From Octopus sinensis (lineage: Eukaryota), in the NCBI RefSeq assembly GCF_006345805.1, contig NW_021826147.1, forward strand, positions 1 through 13,340: a stretch of DNA of 13,340 nucleotides. Reading direction: 5' to 3'. Of this stretch, positions 1 to 9,993 are shown in pieces. The translations under genes were made by a program, and so were the position numbers. How positions within the stretch are numbered: position 1 is the first letter of the stretch; every line of letters starts with the position of its first letter. Under the pieces are notes generated by a model. It saw nothing but the letters and a program-made list of their open reading frames with translations. It searched no databases and had not been told where the DNA came from.

Positions 1-14
1 AAGTGACCAGTATG

Positions 15-65
15 CCACCACCACCACAACCACCACTACCCACCACCACCACCACCACCACACAC
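15..65. repeat. Imperfect (CCA)n trinucleotide microsatellite
   Basis: Direct reading: ccaccaccaccacaaccaccactacccaccaccacc... Confidence 0.9.
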
Positions 66-88
66 CAAGTCATCAAGATACTATAATT

Positions 89-160
89 ATTGTTGTTGTT
101 GTGTCACCCCTTGACCAGCCCTGATCCAGTTGACCTATGACCAAAAGGTTTTCAGGTGTG
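89..160 (-). mobile_element. Possible 3' tail fragment of a retroposon ending in (CAA)n
   Basis: (TTG)n at about 89-102 abuts a non-repetitive segment (gtcaccccttgaccagccctgatcc...). On the minus strand this reads as a 3' end plus (CAA)n tail. Family resemblance is from memory only. Confidence 0.25.
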
Positions 161-195
161 ATTTATCATTTCTTAGCGCATTACAGACGTAATAT

Positions 196-571
196 GCTCC
201 GTCGGTTACGACGGCGAGGTTTCCAGTTGATCTGATCACGGAACATTACTCCTGAAACGTGCAAGTGGCTGAGCAATACACAGCACGTGTATCCTTAACT
301 ACGTACCTCTGGGAAGATTCAGCATGACACAAAGTGTGAAAAGGCTGGCCCTTTGATATACAGGTACTACAGAAACAGGAAGAAAGAGTGAGGGGAAGTT
401 GTGGTGAAAGAGTACAGCAGGATTCGCCACCGCCCCCTATCGGAACATCGTGGAGCTTTCGGTGTTTTCGCTCAATAAACACTCACAACGCCCGGCCTGG
501 GAATCGAAACCGCGATCCTACGACCGACCGCGAGTCCGCTGCCCTAACCACTGGGCTATTGCGCCTCCACA
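196..571 (-). mobile_element. Near full-length tRNA-derived SINE (Octopus OK/OR-type; exact family not assigned)
   Basis: The minus-strand head GTGGAGGCGCAATAGCCCAGTGGTTAGGGCAGCGGACTCGCGG...GGTTTCGATTCCC carries a Pol III A box (548-558) and B box (499-511). It is flanked by 11-bp direct repeats AGACGTAATAT (185-195) and AGATGTAATAT (572-582), which differ by one CpG transition and fit a TSD. Confidence 0.88.
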
Positions 572-659
572 AGATGTAATATACGAGTATCTCGACCTAC
601 ATTACGGAAAACTATGTAGGACTCTCCCCTCCCCTTGGTTCGAGCCAATCGTGGTTGAT

Positions 660-850
660 TTAGCGGTGGTGCGAGGTGAAGATATTGGTGGTTGCAGCGG
701 CGCGGCGTGGTGGTGGTGGTTGGTGTGTGTGTGGGGGGGCGGGCTGCTGCTTTTTGGTTTATTGGTCGGTGGTGTTTGACGCTGGTATCTGTCGTAGTAT
801 TGGCGATGGTGATGGTTTTTGTAGAGCTGTTGTATGTAGTTATTCATCTT
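660..850. repeat. GGT/GTT-rich low-complexity region
   Basis: Degenerate (GGT)n/(GTT)n; explains the V/G/W-rich ORFs here. Confidence 0.7.
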
Positions 851-1444
851 ATAACACAAATGGTGACCATTAACGTCGTCTGTTTGGGGTTTCACAGGGA
901 CCAGTTTTGTTTTTTCTTTCACTGCATTTATTATAACCAGAGTAACAAGGGAGTGTCTATAACTCAATGCAGAACAAATACCTCAAAATGCTTCGTTTGT
1001 AAGGCATCAATTTTAAGGTCATCTGACTCTATATATACGTTTAAAACAAGAAAATGGTCAAGAAAGGGAACAGTATACCGGTTTTGAACAGAATTAGTCG
1101 TTGTGTATATTATGTTTCAACATCAAGGGGTTTGAGGGTCGTCATGCAGTTGTCCGATTAAGCTGAGATTTTGAACGCCTCATTTATTTCTTTATTGGAA
1201 GAGGATTACGGGGTAGGAGCAGAAAAATTCTAACTTTCGGAAAATTACCTATTACTAAGGGTCACTCTAATATATATATATATATATATGCTTATGCACA
1301 CATACATACATACAGATATTCGCTTATACACATATGCACTCACATACTTAGAACATGCACACACACACATTCACACCTATGCGTATATACGATTAGCGGC
1401 GTGTTTCTAAGTGTGAATAAGAACACCATGATAATTATGAACAA

Positions 1445-1447
<3 letters not shown>

Positions 1448-1506
<59 letters not shown>
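1448..1506. repeat. (TG)n microsatellite
   Basis: Direct reading; one interruption. Confidence 0.97.
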
Positions 1507-1507
<1 letters not shown>

Positions 1508-1667
1508 GTTATATTGTCACGTATCACACGGCAGCATTGTTCCTATACAGAATTTTGAATCTCTCAGACATTGCTCAGACGAGGTTAACTGATGGAAAAG
1601 AAACTCTCCTGGTTAGAGTTTATCAGTGAGGGTTAGCTTATGCATATATATATGTGCGAACACATGC

Positions 1668-1669
<2 letters not shown>

Positions 1670-1698
<29 letters not shown>

Positions 1699-1812
1699 TG
1701 TATGTATGTATGTATGTATGTATGTATGTATTTTGTATGTATGTATGTATGTTATGTATTTATGTATGTATTGTATGTAATGTATGTATGTATGTATGTG
1801 TATGTATGTATG

Positions 1813-1873
<61 letters not shown>

Positions 1874-1880
1874 GGGGAGA
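1670..1880. repeat. Compound (TATG)n-(TA)n-(GA)n microsatellite
   Basis: Direct reading. Confidence 0.97.
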
Positions 1881-1963
1881 GTCAGTTCAAATAATGAAAA
1901 ACAGAAAGAAAACGCACAATCGTGAGGACGTGCAGAAGCAATATACTAATTCGAGAGAGTCGT

Positions 1964-2000
1964 TGTTTAACGTTTCGAGCATAGCTCTTCGTCGGAAACA
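1964..2000 (-). ncRNA. Minimal type I hammerhead-ribozyme-like motif with variant core CCGACGA and an extra A (Penelope-like/retrozyme style)
   Basis: Minus strand: UGUUU CCGACGA A GAGC-UAU-GCUC GAAA C GUU AAACA. Helix I is UGUUU/AAACA, helix II is GAGC/GCUC, helix III region is the palindrome AACGUU, and the predicted cleavage is GUU| between 1969 and 1968. Confidence 0.7.
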
Positions 2001-2083
2001 GGGAAGTCCAAAGAGGAAGAAGGAAACATATGGGAAAATTGCCAACAGCCCACGTGCGGTTACATTTCTGAGGTGACCGGAGT

Positions 2084-2134
2084 GCAAGTGAATAACAGCA
2101 GACGATGGATATCCAACGTCTGTTATTCATTTGC
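2084..2134 (+). other. Long stem-loop within the hammerhead-bearing segment
   Basis: GCAAGTGAATAACAG (2084-2098) pairs with CTGTTATTCATTTGC (2120-2134): 15 bp with one G.U. It continues after a CAG bulge with ACG/CGT and a TGGATATCCA palindrome. Confidence 0.6.
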
Positions 2135-2436
2135 TTATAATACACCATAGTGATTGACGACGAGGGTGAATCACTGGAGTATACCAAACAACGTATGATC
2201 AACACAGCGTGTGCTCTGGACCATCCCCTAGGCGCTAAATACTCGTATGGGTCGTTTTTCTCTGTGTGCACAACCTGAACATTCTACCAGGTATTTAATC
2301 GACCATAGGAGGTGACCACAGGTTAATCCAACCCTACCTGATGCATATTATCTAAGTATCCGATTCTCTCAGGAATCATTATATTCATTATATGTATACA
2401 TTTCTCTCTCTCTCTCCCTCTTTCTTCCTTGATACC

Positions 2437-2689
2437 CACACAGACACATACACACACACATACACACACATATACACACACACACACACATACAACACAC
2501 ATTATCAGGCTACATCTATTGAGATGTAACAACAGTAACTATTTTGTTTTCAGCAAGTTTATCAACCAACGATATAAGTTATACTTGCATACACATATAC
2601 ATAAACACACACACGCACGCACACACGCACACACATACAAACACACACGCACACACACACACACACACCACACACACACACACACACAC
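2437..2689. repeat. Two (CA)n-type microsatellites (about 2437-2510 and 2588-2689)
   Basis: Direct reading. Confidence 0.93.
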
Positions 2690-2984
2690 AAGATCCAAAA
2701 CGGTTCACGGAGTGCGTGCCTATAAGCAGGGATGAAGTGCACGCCGAACACGCCGTTACCAATAATGTCACAGGTTGTGACGGAACCAATTAATCAATTT
2801 TAATGAAGTAATCAATCAAATAATAAGCTAATTAACTATCTAATTAACTAATAAGAAATCCACTGTGAAATACAAAAACACAAACAGTGCGTGTGATTTA
2901 TTAATGTGTGCGTGCTTGCATGTATGTATGTATGTATGAATGTATGTATGTATGTATGTATTCACCTCTCTGAACTTTTTCTTC

Positions 2985-3013
2985 TTTCCGACGGAGAGCC
3001 ATGCTCAAAACAT
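2985..3013 (+). ncRNA. Decayed second copy of the CCGACG-type hammerhead motif
   Basis: TTTCCGACGGAGAGCCATGCTCAAAACAT matches 25/29 nt of the motif at 1970-1998 (minus). Two of the four differences are CpG>CpA. GAAA is mutated and helix I is lost. Confidence 0.6.
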
Positions 3014-3135
3014 CATTTCCATTCACATTTTTTACATTTAAAACTTTTAGTGAGCGTCATCTAATATGTTCATTGTATACGTCTAATTGATTTCTGTTGT
3101 TTTCCAGTATATTTTTTAAAGCTTTGATTTGCTTA

Positions 3136-3838
3136 TGTGTATGTATGTATGTATGTATGTATGCATGTATGTATGTATGTATGTATGTATGTATGTATGT
3201 ATGTATGTATGTATGTATGTATGTATGTATGTGTGTGTGTGTATGTGTGTGTGTACGTATGTATGTAGATATGTATGTATGTATGCATGTATGTATGTAG
3301 ATATGTATGTATGTATGTATGTAGATATGTATGTATGTATATTTGTGCATGTGTATGTATGTATGTATGTATGTATGTAGATATGTAGGTAGGTAGGTGG
3401 GCAGGTGGGTAGGTAGGTATGTATGCATGTATGTATGTATGTAGGTAGGTAGGTTGGTAGGCAGGTAGGTAGGTAGGTAGGTAGGTAGGTGGTAGGTAGG
3501 TAGGTAGGTAGGTAGGTAGGTAGGTAGGTTGGCAGGTAGGTATGTGGGTAGGTAGGCAGGCAGGCAGATGGGTAGGAAGGAAAGTAGATAGGTATGTAGG
3601 TAGATAGATAGGTATTTAGATATGTATGTATGTATGTATGTATATAGGTAGGTAGGTAGGTAGGTAGGCAGGCAGGCAGGCAAGTAGGTAGGTAGGTAGG
3701 TAGGTAGGTAGGTAGGTAGGTAGGTAGGTAGGTAGGTAGGTAGGTAGATGGGTCGATAGATAGGTAGGTAGTTGGGTAGGTAGTTGGGTAGGTAGATGGG
3801 TAGGTAGGTAAGTAGATTGTTAGGTAAGTATGTATGTA
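3136..3838. repeat. About 700-bp compound tetranucleotide array (TATG)n/(TAGG)n/(CAGG)n/(TAGA)n
   Basis: Direct reading; source of the PTYL/HTYI pseudo-ORFs. Confidence 0.97.
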
Positions 3839-4184
3839 AATTAGTCGGCAGGTATAAAATTCTACCGGCAACCTCTTGGTCAGCGTGACCCTACGGCAGC
3901 TGACCAGACGCAAAGTTATGTCCCATACAGCGGTGCCCGCACCCAGCTCAGCACTCGTCTAGCCGACCTTTTTCAAAGCAGTTCTATCCGTGGCTACCAC
4001 TTCTCTTTAAACAGGGAATACCAAGCTATACATACAATACGACCTTCCATTTTTCATAGCGTGGAGTGCGTTTAGCCTGAGATTTCGCAGCTATTTCTAG
4101 CAGGTCAAGCGACCAACTTAACGCTCTTTCCTAACAGTCTAGTTGGAGAGCTGGTCCTATTGATGAACGTCCGGCGATGTCAGT

Positions 4185-4330
4185 AGCAGTTGTGGTGTTG
4201 TGGTGTTGCTGTTGGTGTTAGCGGTACTCATGATGATGGCGGTGGCGGTGGTTCTCGTGTTGTTCTTGTTGTTGATGGCGATGGTGGAAGTGGCGGATTT
4301 GGCGAGGGGTTTGTTTGGGTAAAGGTGTTG
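4185..4330. repeat. GGT/GTT/GAT low-complexity region
   Basis: Degenerate trinucleotide repeats. Confidence 0.65.
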
Positions 4331-4619
4331 GCAGCAGCGGCGATAGACTTGTCGGTCATTATTGATGTGAGTGACGGTTTTAGTGATGATTTCATGGCTA
4401 AAGAGCATGTGTGAGTGTACATGTGTGTATAGGCACCTATATTTGTATGTACCTCTGTGTGTATATATATATATATATATACGAATACATTTGTGTGTTG
4501 TTGCCACCCGAATTTCACTGTTTACATATCTTATGTAATCTCAAATATTATTGATTTCTTCACTATTCTAAATCTGCCATAAATAATCTCAATTTACATA
4601 GTTTACGGAATTCTTCTAT

Positions 4620-4672
4620 ATGTATTATACATAACATACATACATACATATATATGTATATATATATATATA

Positions 4673-4712
<40 letters not shown>

Positions 4713-4715
4713 GTA

Positions 4716-4755
<40 letters not shown>

Positions 4756-5518
4756 GTATATATATGTACGTATATATATGTAATATATATATATATTATA
4801 TATATGTATATATATATATGTATAATATATGTGTGTATCAATATATATATCAATAATATATTTTAAATAACACAATTATTATATAAAACATGCATCTATA
4901 TATACTTTAACATATAGATATATATAATATATATACAAAATGAAAAATGGAGAAATATCCTAAATCAATCATATATATATATATATATATATATAATAAT
5001 TATACATACATATATATATTCAAAAATGTATAATGATATATATATATATATATACATGCATATACAAACACACTCATTCACTCAGTCGCACAGACACGCA
5101 CAGGCACATATTCATAGATATGTTTATATGCATGTGTATATTGTATGCACATAAATGCACACACACACACATATATATGTGTATGTATATATGTATTTAT
5201 GTATGTTTGTATGTAATTATATGTATACAAAACGAAATATATTGCCGAGCTTTTTTTTAATTCTCTACTGTAAATGGCTAAAAAACTAGTTAACATTAAA
5301 TTAACCTTAGGTTAATACACACTGTTTTACTCGCGCAAATCTATATAAATATACGTGCGTGCGTGTCTGTGCGCGTGTGTGCGCGCGGGTGTGTGTATAT
5401 ATATATACACGCACACTCATATAGATGTACCAGCATTCTAACGCACGTGTGTATGCAAACGTATATAGATATATATTATACACCATGAAGATATAGATAT
5501 ATAGGCCAATACACATTT

Positions 5519-5557
<39 letters not shown>

Positions 5558-5650
5558 ACATTCTCATTTGTATACATACGTAATATAGACTTATACCCCA
5601 CAACTTATATATATTATATATATATCATATATATATATACACCTTCATAC
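4620..5650. repeat. AT-rich region of interrupted (TA)n, (TG)n and (CA)n repeats
   Basis: Direct reading; short unique spacer around 5240-5340. Confidence 0.88.
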
Positions 5651-5740
5651 ATACACAATGTACTACTTTAACCACTGAACAATCGATCGTTTAATGTTCG
5701 TATGTTCGTTGTAGCAAGTGTGCGGGGTTACGTAGTACAA

Positions 5741-5780
5741 TAGATATAGATAGAGATAGACAGATAGATAGATAGATGGG

Positions 5781-5873
<93 letters not shown>
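5741..5873. repeat. (GATA)n microsatellite
   Basis: Direct reading. Confidence 0.97.
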
Positions 5874-5874
<1 letters not shown>

Positions 5875-6210
5875 TGCTTCTTTATTAGCCACACAGGGCT
5901 GCACACAGACAGGACAAATTACAAGGTAGAGCTTTTCTTTTGGGGGGGTAAAAAAAAAGGGGGTTTGGTTTTCGATCAAAAGGGATCGTAAATGGAAAGA
6001 AAGAGGACAAAAAAAGGGGGGGGATAAAATAAAATAATAAAAAAGGGGGGGAGGTGAGGAAAAAAGGGAAAGGAAAAAAAATTGATCAATAGGGATCGTT
6101 ATCACAGAAATATCTATATGAAGTGTAAAGGGGAGGACAGGTGAGGTTTACCCGTGGAAAGAAAAGCCTACGGAAAAGACCACGGTAACCTCGGTCAATG
6201 AAGTCACATG
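5875..6210 (-). mobile_element. Probable 3' UTR of a 5'-truncated non-LTR retrotransposon (possibly L1/Tx1-like) inserted in a (TATC)n array
   Basis: The minus strand has long T/C homopolymer tracts, then ...CAGCCCTGTGTGGCT-AATAAA (5881-5886)-GAAGCA running directly into (TATC)n. (GATA)n arrays lie on both sides. No ORF is present, and the clade call is from recalled similarity. Confidence 0.5.
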
Positions 6211-6252
6211 TTATGTTTCTTTTTTTTTGCAAATAAGCTACTCTCTGTATTA

Positions 6253-6277
6253 ATAGATAGATAGATAGATAGGTATT

Positions 6278-6312
<35 letters not shown>

Positions 6313-6361
6313 CATACATACATACATACATACATACATACATACATACATACATACATAC
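6253..6361. repeat. (GATA)n-(CATA)n compound microsatellite
   Basis: Direct reading. Confidence 0.96.
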
Positions 6362-6769
6362 TTATATAATGATATAGATTTAAACATGTCTATATACACC
6401 ACAAAAAGATAATACGGCAATAAAAACTTCTCTAAAAATGATGACGTCAGTCAGATGGAGGTTCAACAGGTTTAAAGAGAAACTTTATTGTTTTAGCGTA
6501 CGCCATTGCTGCTTACACGACCACATACGCACATACGTCTTCGTATGTGTATGTCTCTGCCTCGCTTCTCTCACTCTCTCTCTGATTCTCTCCCTCTCTT
6601 TCTATCTCTCTCCGTCTTTACGATGCTTACACCGAAAGAGACGGCTCATAGACTCACTCACACTCTACCGAATTAATACCATCACAGGTATATATATATA
6701 TCAATGACCAGACTTTAAAGCATACTAACACATCAATATCTGTTCTCGCTTCTCTTCTCTCCCCCTCCG

Positions 6770-6800
<31 letters not shown>

Positions 6801-6869
6801 GTTTCCATTTGTCTGTCTGTATCTCTCTCGCTTTCTCTATCTATCTATTTATCTCTTATGATAATCTAT

Positions 6870-6931
<62 letters not shown>

Positions 6932-7024
6932 GTCTGTCTGTCTGTATGTCTGTCTGTCTGTCTGTCTGTGTGTCTGTGTGTCTGTCTGTCTATCTGTCTG
7001 TCTGTCTATCTGTCTGTTTGTCTG

Positions 7025-7112
<88 letters not shown>

Positions 7113-7190
7113 TTTTTCTATCTGTCTCTATATGTTTTCTTCTGTCTGTCTGTCCATCTCTTTGTCTGTCTGTCTGTCTACCTCTCTATC
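6770..7190. repeat. (CT)n and alternating (TCTA)n/(TCTG)n blocks
   Basis: Direct reading. Confidence 0.95.
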
Positions 7191-7229
7191 CCCATGTGCA
7201 TACACGTGTGAGATTAAGCAGTATTATGT

Positions 7230-7630
7230 GCTCTGTGTGTGTGGTGTGTGTGTGTGTGTGTATGTGTTTGTATGTTTGTAGTAGTATGTATGTGTCTATG
7301 TGAGTACAAGTATTTATACAATAAGGTGTGTTTGTGTATACGCGCGTGTAGGAGAGAGTATAGAAATGTGTGCACGTGGTAGTAGTAGTAGTAGTAGTAG
7401 TAGTAGACTATGTGTTTATGTTGATGTGTGGGTAGCTGTGTGGGTACAGTGCATAAATAGCTGTGTACGGTGTGTAATTGAGTGTGTGTATGCGTGCATG
7501 TATTTCTGAACATAAATGTGTAAATGTATGTGTGTGTATGTATGCGTGTGAATATGTGTGTGTGTGTGTGTGTGTGTCTGTCTGTTTGTTAGTGTCGTGC
7601 GTCCATGTATGTGTGTGTGTGTATGTGTGT
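7230..7630. repeat. Degenerate (TG)n region with an internal (AGT)n run (about 7380-7406)
   Basis: Direct reading. Confidence 0.88.
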
Positions 7631-7948
7631 GTGATAAGGTGTGGGTTTATCCTGTTTCTTGCGTGAGTTCCTAGGAAACTCTGATCGAAGAAAGTGATAT
7701 TGAATGGCGTTCCTTCCATGGCCTCATACGGTTGATTTTTTTCTAAGATATTAGAATGTAATTTTTTTGTTTGAAGAAATATGTTTAGGCAGTATAATTT
7801 GAATTGTAAATAATGTTTAGAAGGTAGATAACCCAAGTGGGACATTAAGGGATACAATTCCAGTAAGTTCTTCGTCTAGTGTATGACGTATTTAGGATAA
7901 ATTCCAAATGAAATGAAATTTTCTTCGTTGTAAAGTCTGAGAAAACTA

Positions 7949-7997
7949 TATCTCGCTGATGAGGTTCTAATAACACAGAAACATATCTTACGCGATA
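7949..7997 (+). ncRNA. Degenerate type I hammerhead-like motif
   Basis: TATCTCG CTGATGA GGTTCTAATAACACA GAAA CATATCTTA CGCGATA. Both core boxes are intact and helix I pairs 6/7 (7949-7955 with 7991-7997), but helices II and III pair poorly. Confidence 0.45.
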
Positions 7998-8290
7998 ACA
8001 AAAAGCAGGTCCACCCTCCATCCTAGGCATGAAAATTCAAAATTCAAAATTTCATTTGAAATTGTCTTTCCATGTCCTTGAAAGTCGTCAACAATTTCCA
8101 ATTTTCATTCTCCAAACAAGAAACATATTCTACTTCTTTCATATTTTGTGTGCATGGGTATGTGTGTGAGTGTTTATTTGAGTGGGCGTGTCTGTGTGCG
8201 TGCGCGTGCCTAGATCAATTAGTATATTATAACACAACCTAGCTGAATTAATTAAATTTGGCATTGGATCCTTTGTAATTGTAACTGTAC

Positions 8291-8294
<4 letters not shown>

Positions 8295-8330
<36 letters not shown>

Positions 8331-8618
8331 GAACGTCCATGGGGATGACGGGGACCATTTAGTCATTCTTTGGTTTGGCTAAGAACAGGGAGGAATTCCA
8401 GAGGAGTGATGTGGAGTAAGGATTGAGAATAATGGTTGATGTAAAGGGCGAAAGAAGGTGGATGTAACACGGATGACGAGAGGAGGGGAAGTGAGCGAAT
8501 CTGGTGAGCGAATGCTGGAGGCATTACACCAACCACCACCGATATATATGCAGAGCTGTGTGTGAATATTAGTGAAAGTGTGTGTGTGTGTGAAGGAGAG
8601 AGAGAGGGTGTGTATGAT

Positions 8619-8654
<36 letters not shown>
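8295..8654. repeat. (CA)n at about 8295-8327 and (TG)n/(GA)n at about 8578-8654
   Basis: Direct reading; unique sequence lies between the two arrays. Confidence 0.85.
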
Positions 8655-8658
<4 letters not shown>

Positions 8659-9328
8659 GTCCTGAGTATGACATTAGGCTGTATCCGTTAATGGTGCCCA
8701 CGTTCAGGATTTCGTGGGTTTTGATGTGGCTGGACTGGAATCACTTCTTAGCCGCTATTGTTCCCAGGTACTTACGCAGTGATTGTTTAAAGTAAAGAAG
8801 ACTATCGCACACCGTCAGTTTCTCCCCCCACTCTCTCTCTCTCTCTCTCTTTTCCCAATCCTTCCTCCACATCATTCCTCTGGAATTTCCTCTCTTCTTT
8901 CTTCTTGTCCTTCCTGCGGCTACTGAAACTCAACGTTTAAAACTTGATAATAACGGCATTGATTTCGCCGACACTCCGAGGAGCCTGCAAAGGTTATGGG
9001 CGCTGTCCCTTTACCTGGATTCAGAAAGGAAAGAAAAAAAATATATATATATTTACATTTACCTGTGTAGTAACATCGTTTTATGTGACATCTTGCATAT
9101 ACCCCTACTACCCCTCCCACAGCACCACCACCGACGACTTATCTGTCACTAAAATACATTATCCCTTTCATGGTATCGTTCAGTCGGTTAGAAACTGAAG
9201 GTAAATCATTATCGGATAATACCTTATCACCTCATAAAATGAATGACGCGTCAGATAATACGGTCTTAGTAACCCCTGAAAAGACAAGTTTGTCATGATT
9301 CGAATGACTTTGATTAAGCATGTCCTAA

Positions 9329-9400
9329 ACAACAACAACAACAAAAACAACACTACCACCACCATCACCACCACTTACCACCACCACAACCAACAACAAT
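9329..9400. repeat. (CAA)n/(CCA)n degenerate trinucleotide repeat
   Basis: Direct reading. Confidence 0.85.
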
Positions 9401-9687
9401 ACTTTAACATATAACATGTCTTTCATCATATAGCTTTATCATGTATCATCTCTCATTACGTTAAATTGGGTTAGTGGGGGTGAGGTTAGCAAAATGTGCT
9501 GTCGAGGGAGTTTTTCGTGACCATGGAGATTTACGGAAGAATTTTTTCAACTTATATTTGAAAAAGCCATTTAAAAATTTAATGTCTTGTAGTCATGCTA
9601 AAAATGTTACACAACTGCAATTCAGTTCATTAGAAACGATAATCCACATTCTAACAGTAAAACGAGACATAACATATTAGTTAATGT

Positions 9688-9917
9688 TATCTATCTGTCT
9701 GTCTGTCTGTACATACATACATACATACATACATACATACATACATACATACATACATAACATACATACGTACATTCATTCATATATTCATACATACATA
9801 CATACATTCATACGTACATACATACATACATATACATACATACATATACATACATACATTCATACATACATTCATACGTACATACATACATACATACATA
9901 CATACATACGCACATTG

Positions 9918-9993
<76 letters not shown>

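Noticed and set aside
499-571. tRNA-like sequence that could be called a tRNA-Arg gene
   Set aside because: It has A and B boxes but no proper acceptor stem, carries a 4-bp GGTC duplication in the anticodon region, and continues into a SINE body with TSDs.
586-610. CCTACAT/ATGTAGG 7-bp hairpin and a nearby GGTTCGAGCC B-box-like string
   Set aside because: Short stem and no matching A box; compatible with chance.
3843-3968. HDV-like ribozyme interpretation (minus-strand GGUCGGC/GCCGACU with a G.U first pair)
   Set aside because: No P1.1 GG, P4, catalytic-C J4/2 strand or P2 partner follows the putative P1. It is kept only as an unclassified structure.
4050-4135. Segment resembling a recalled Octopus repeat (gcagctatttctagcaggtcaagcgacc)
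   Set aside because: The resemblance is from memory only, with no internal hallmark or second copy in the window.
5300-5316. ATTAACC-TTA-GGTTAAT near-palindrome
   Set aside because: Short and AT-rich; expected by chance.
6442-6449. Perfect CRE site TGACGTCA
   Set aside because: A single 8-mer in 13 kb with no promoter context.
6531-6550. CACATACG/CGTATGTG hairpin
   Set aside because: Built from CATA/TATG microsatellite-like units that are abundant here.
7665-7681. GAGTTCCTAGGAAACTC near-palindrome
   Set aside because: Imperfect, isolated and without further support.
8960-9010. CCGAGGA-GCC-TGCAAA-GGT as a further hammerhead
   Set aside because: No GAAA box after the putative helix II and no helix I or III.
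9100-9298. Stop-free frame TPTTPPTAPPP...LETEGKSLSDNTLSPHKMNDASDNT as a possible exon
   Set aside because: No recognisable domain, partly low complexity, and splice signals are ambiguous.
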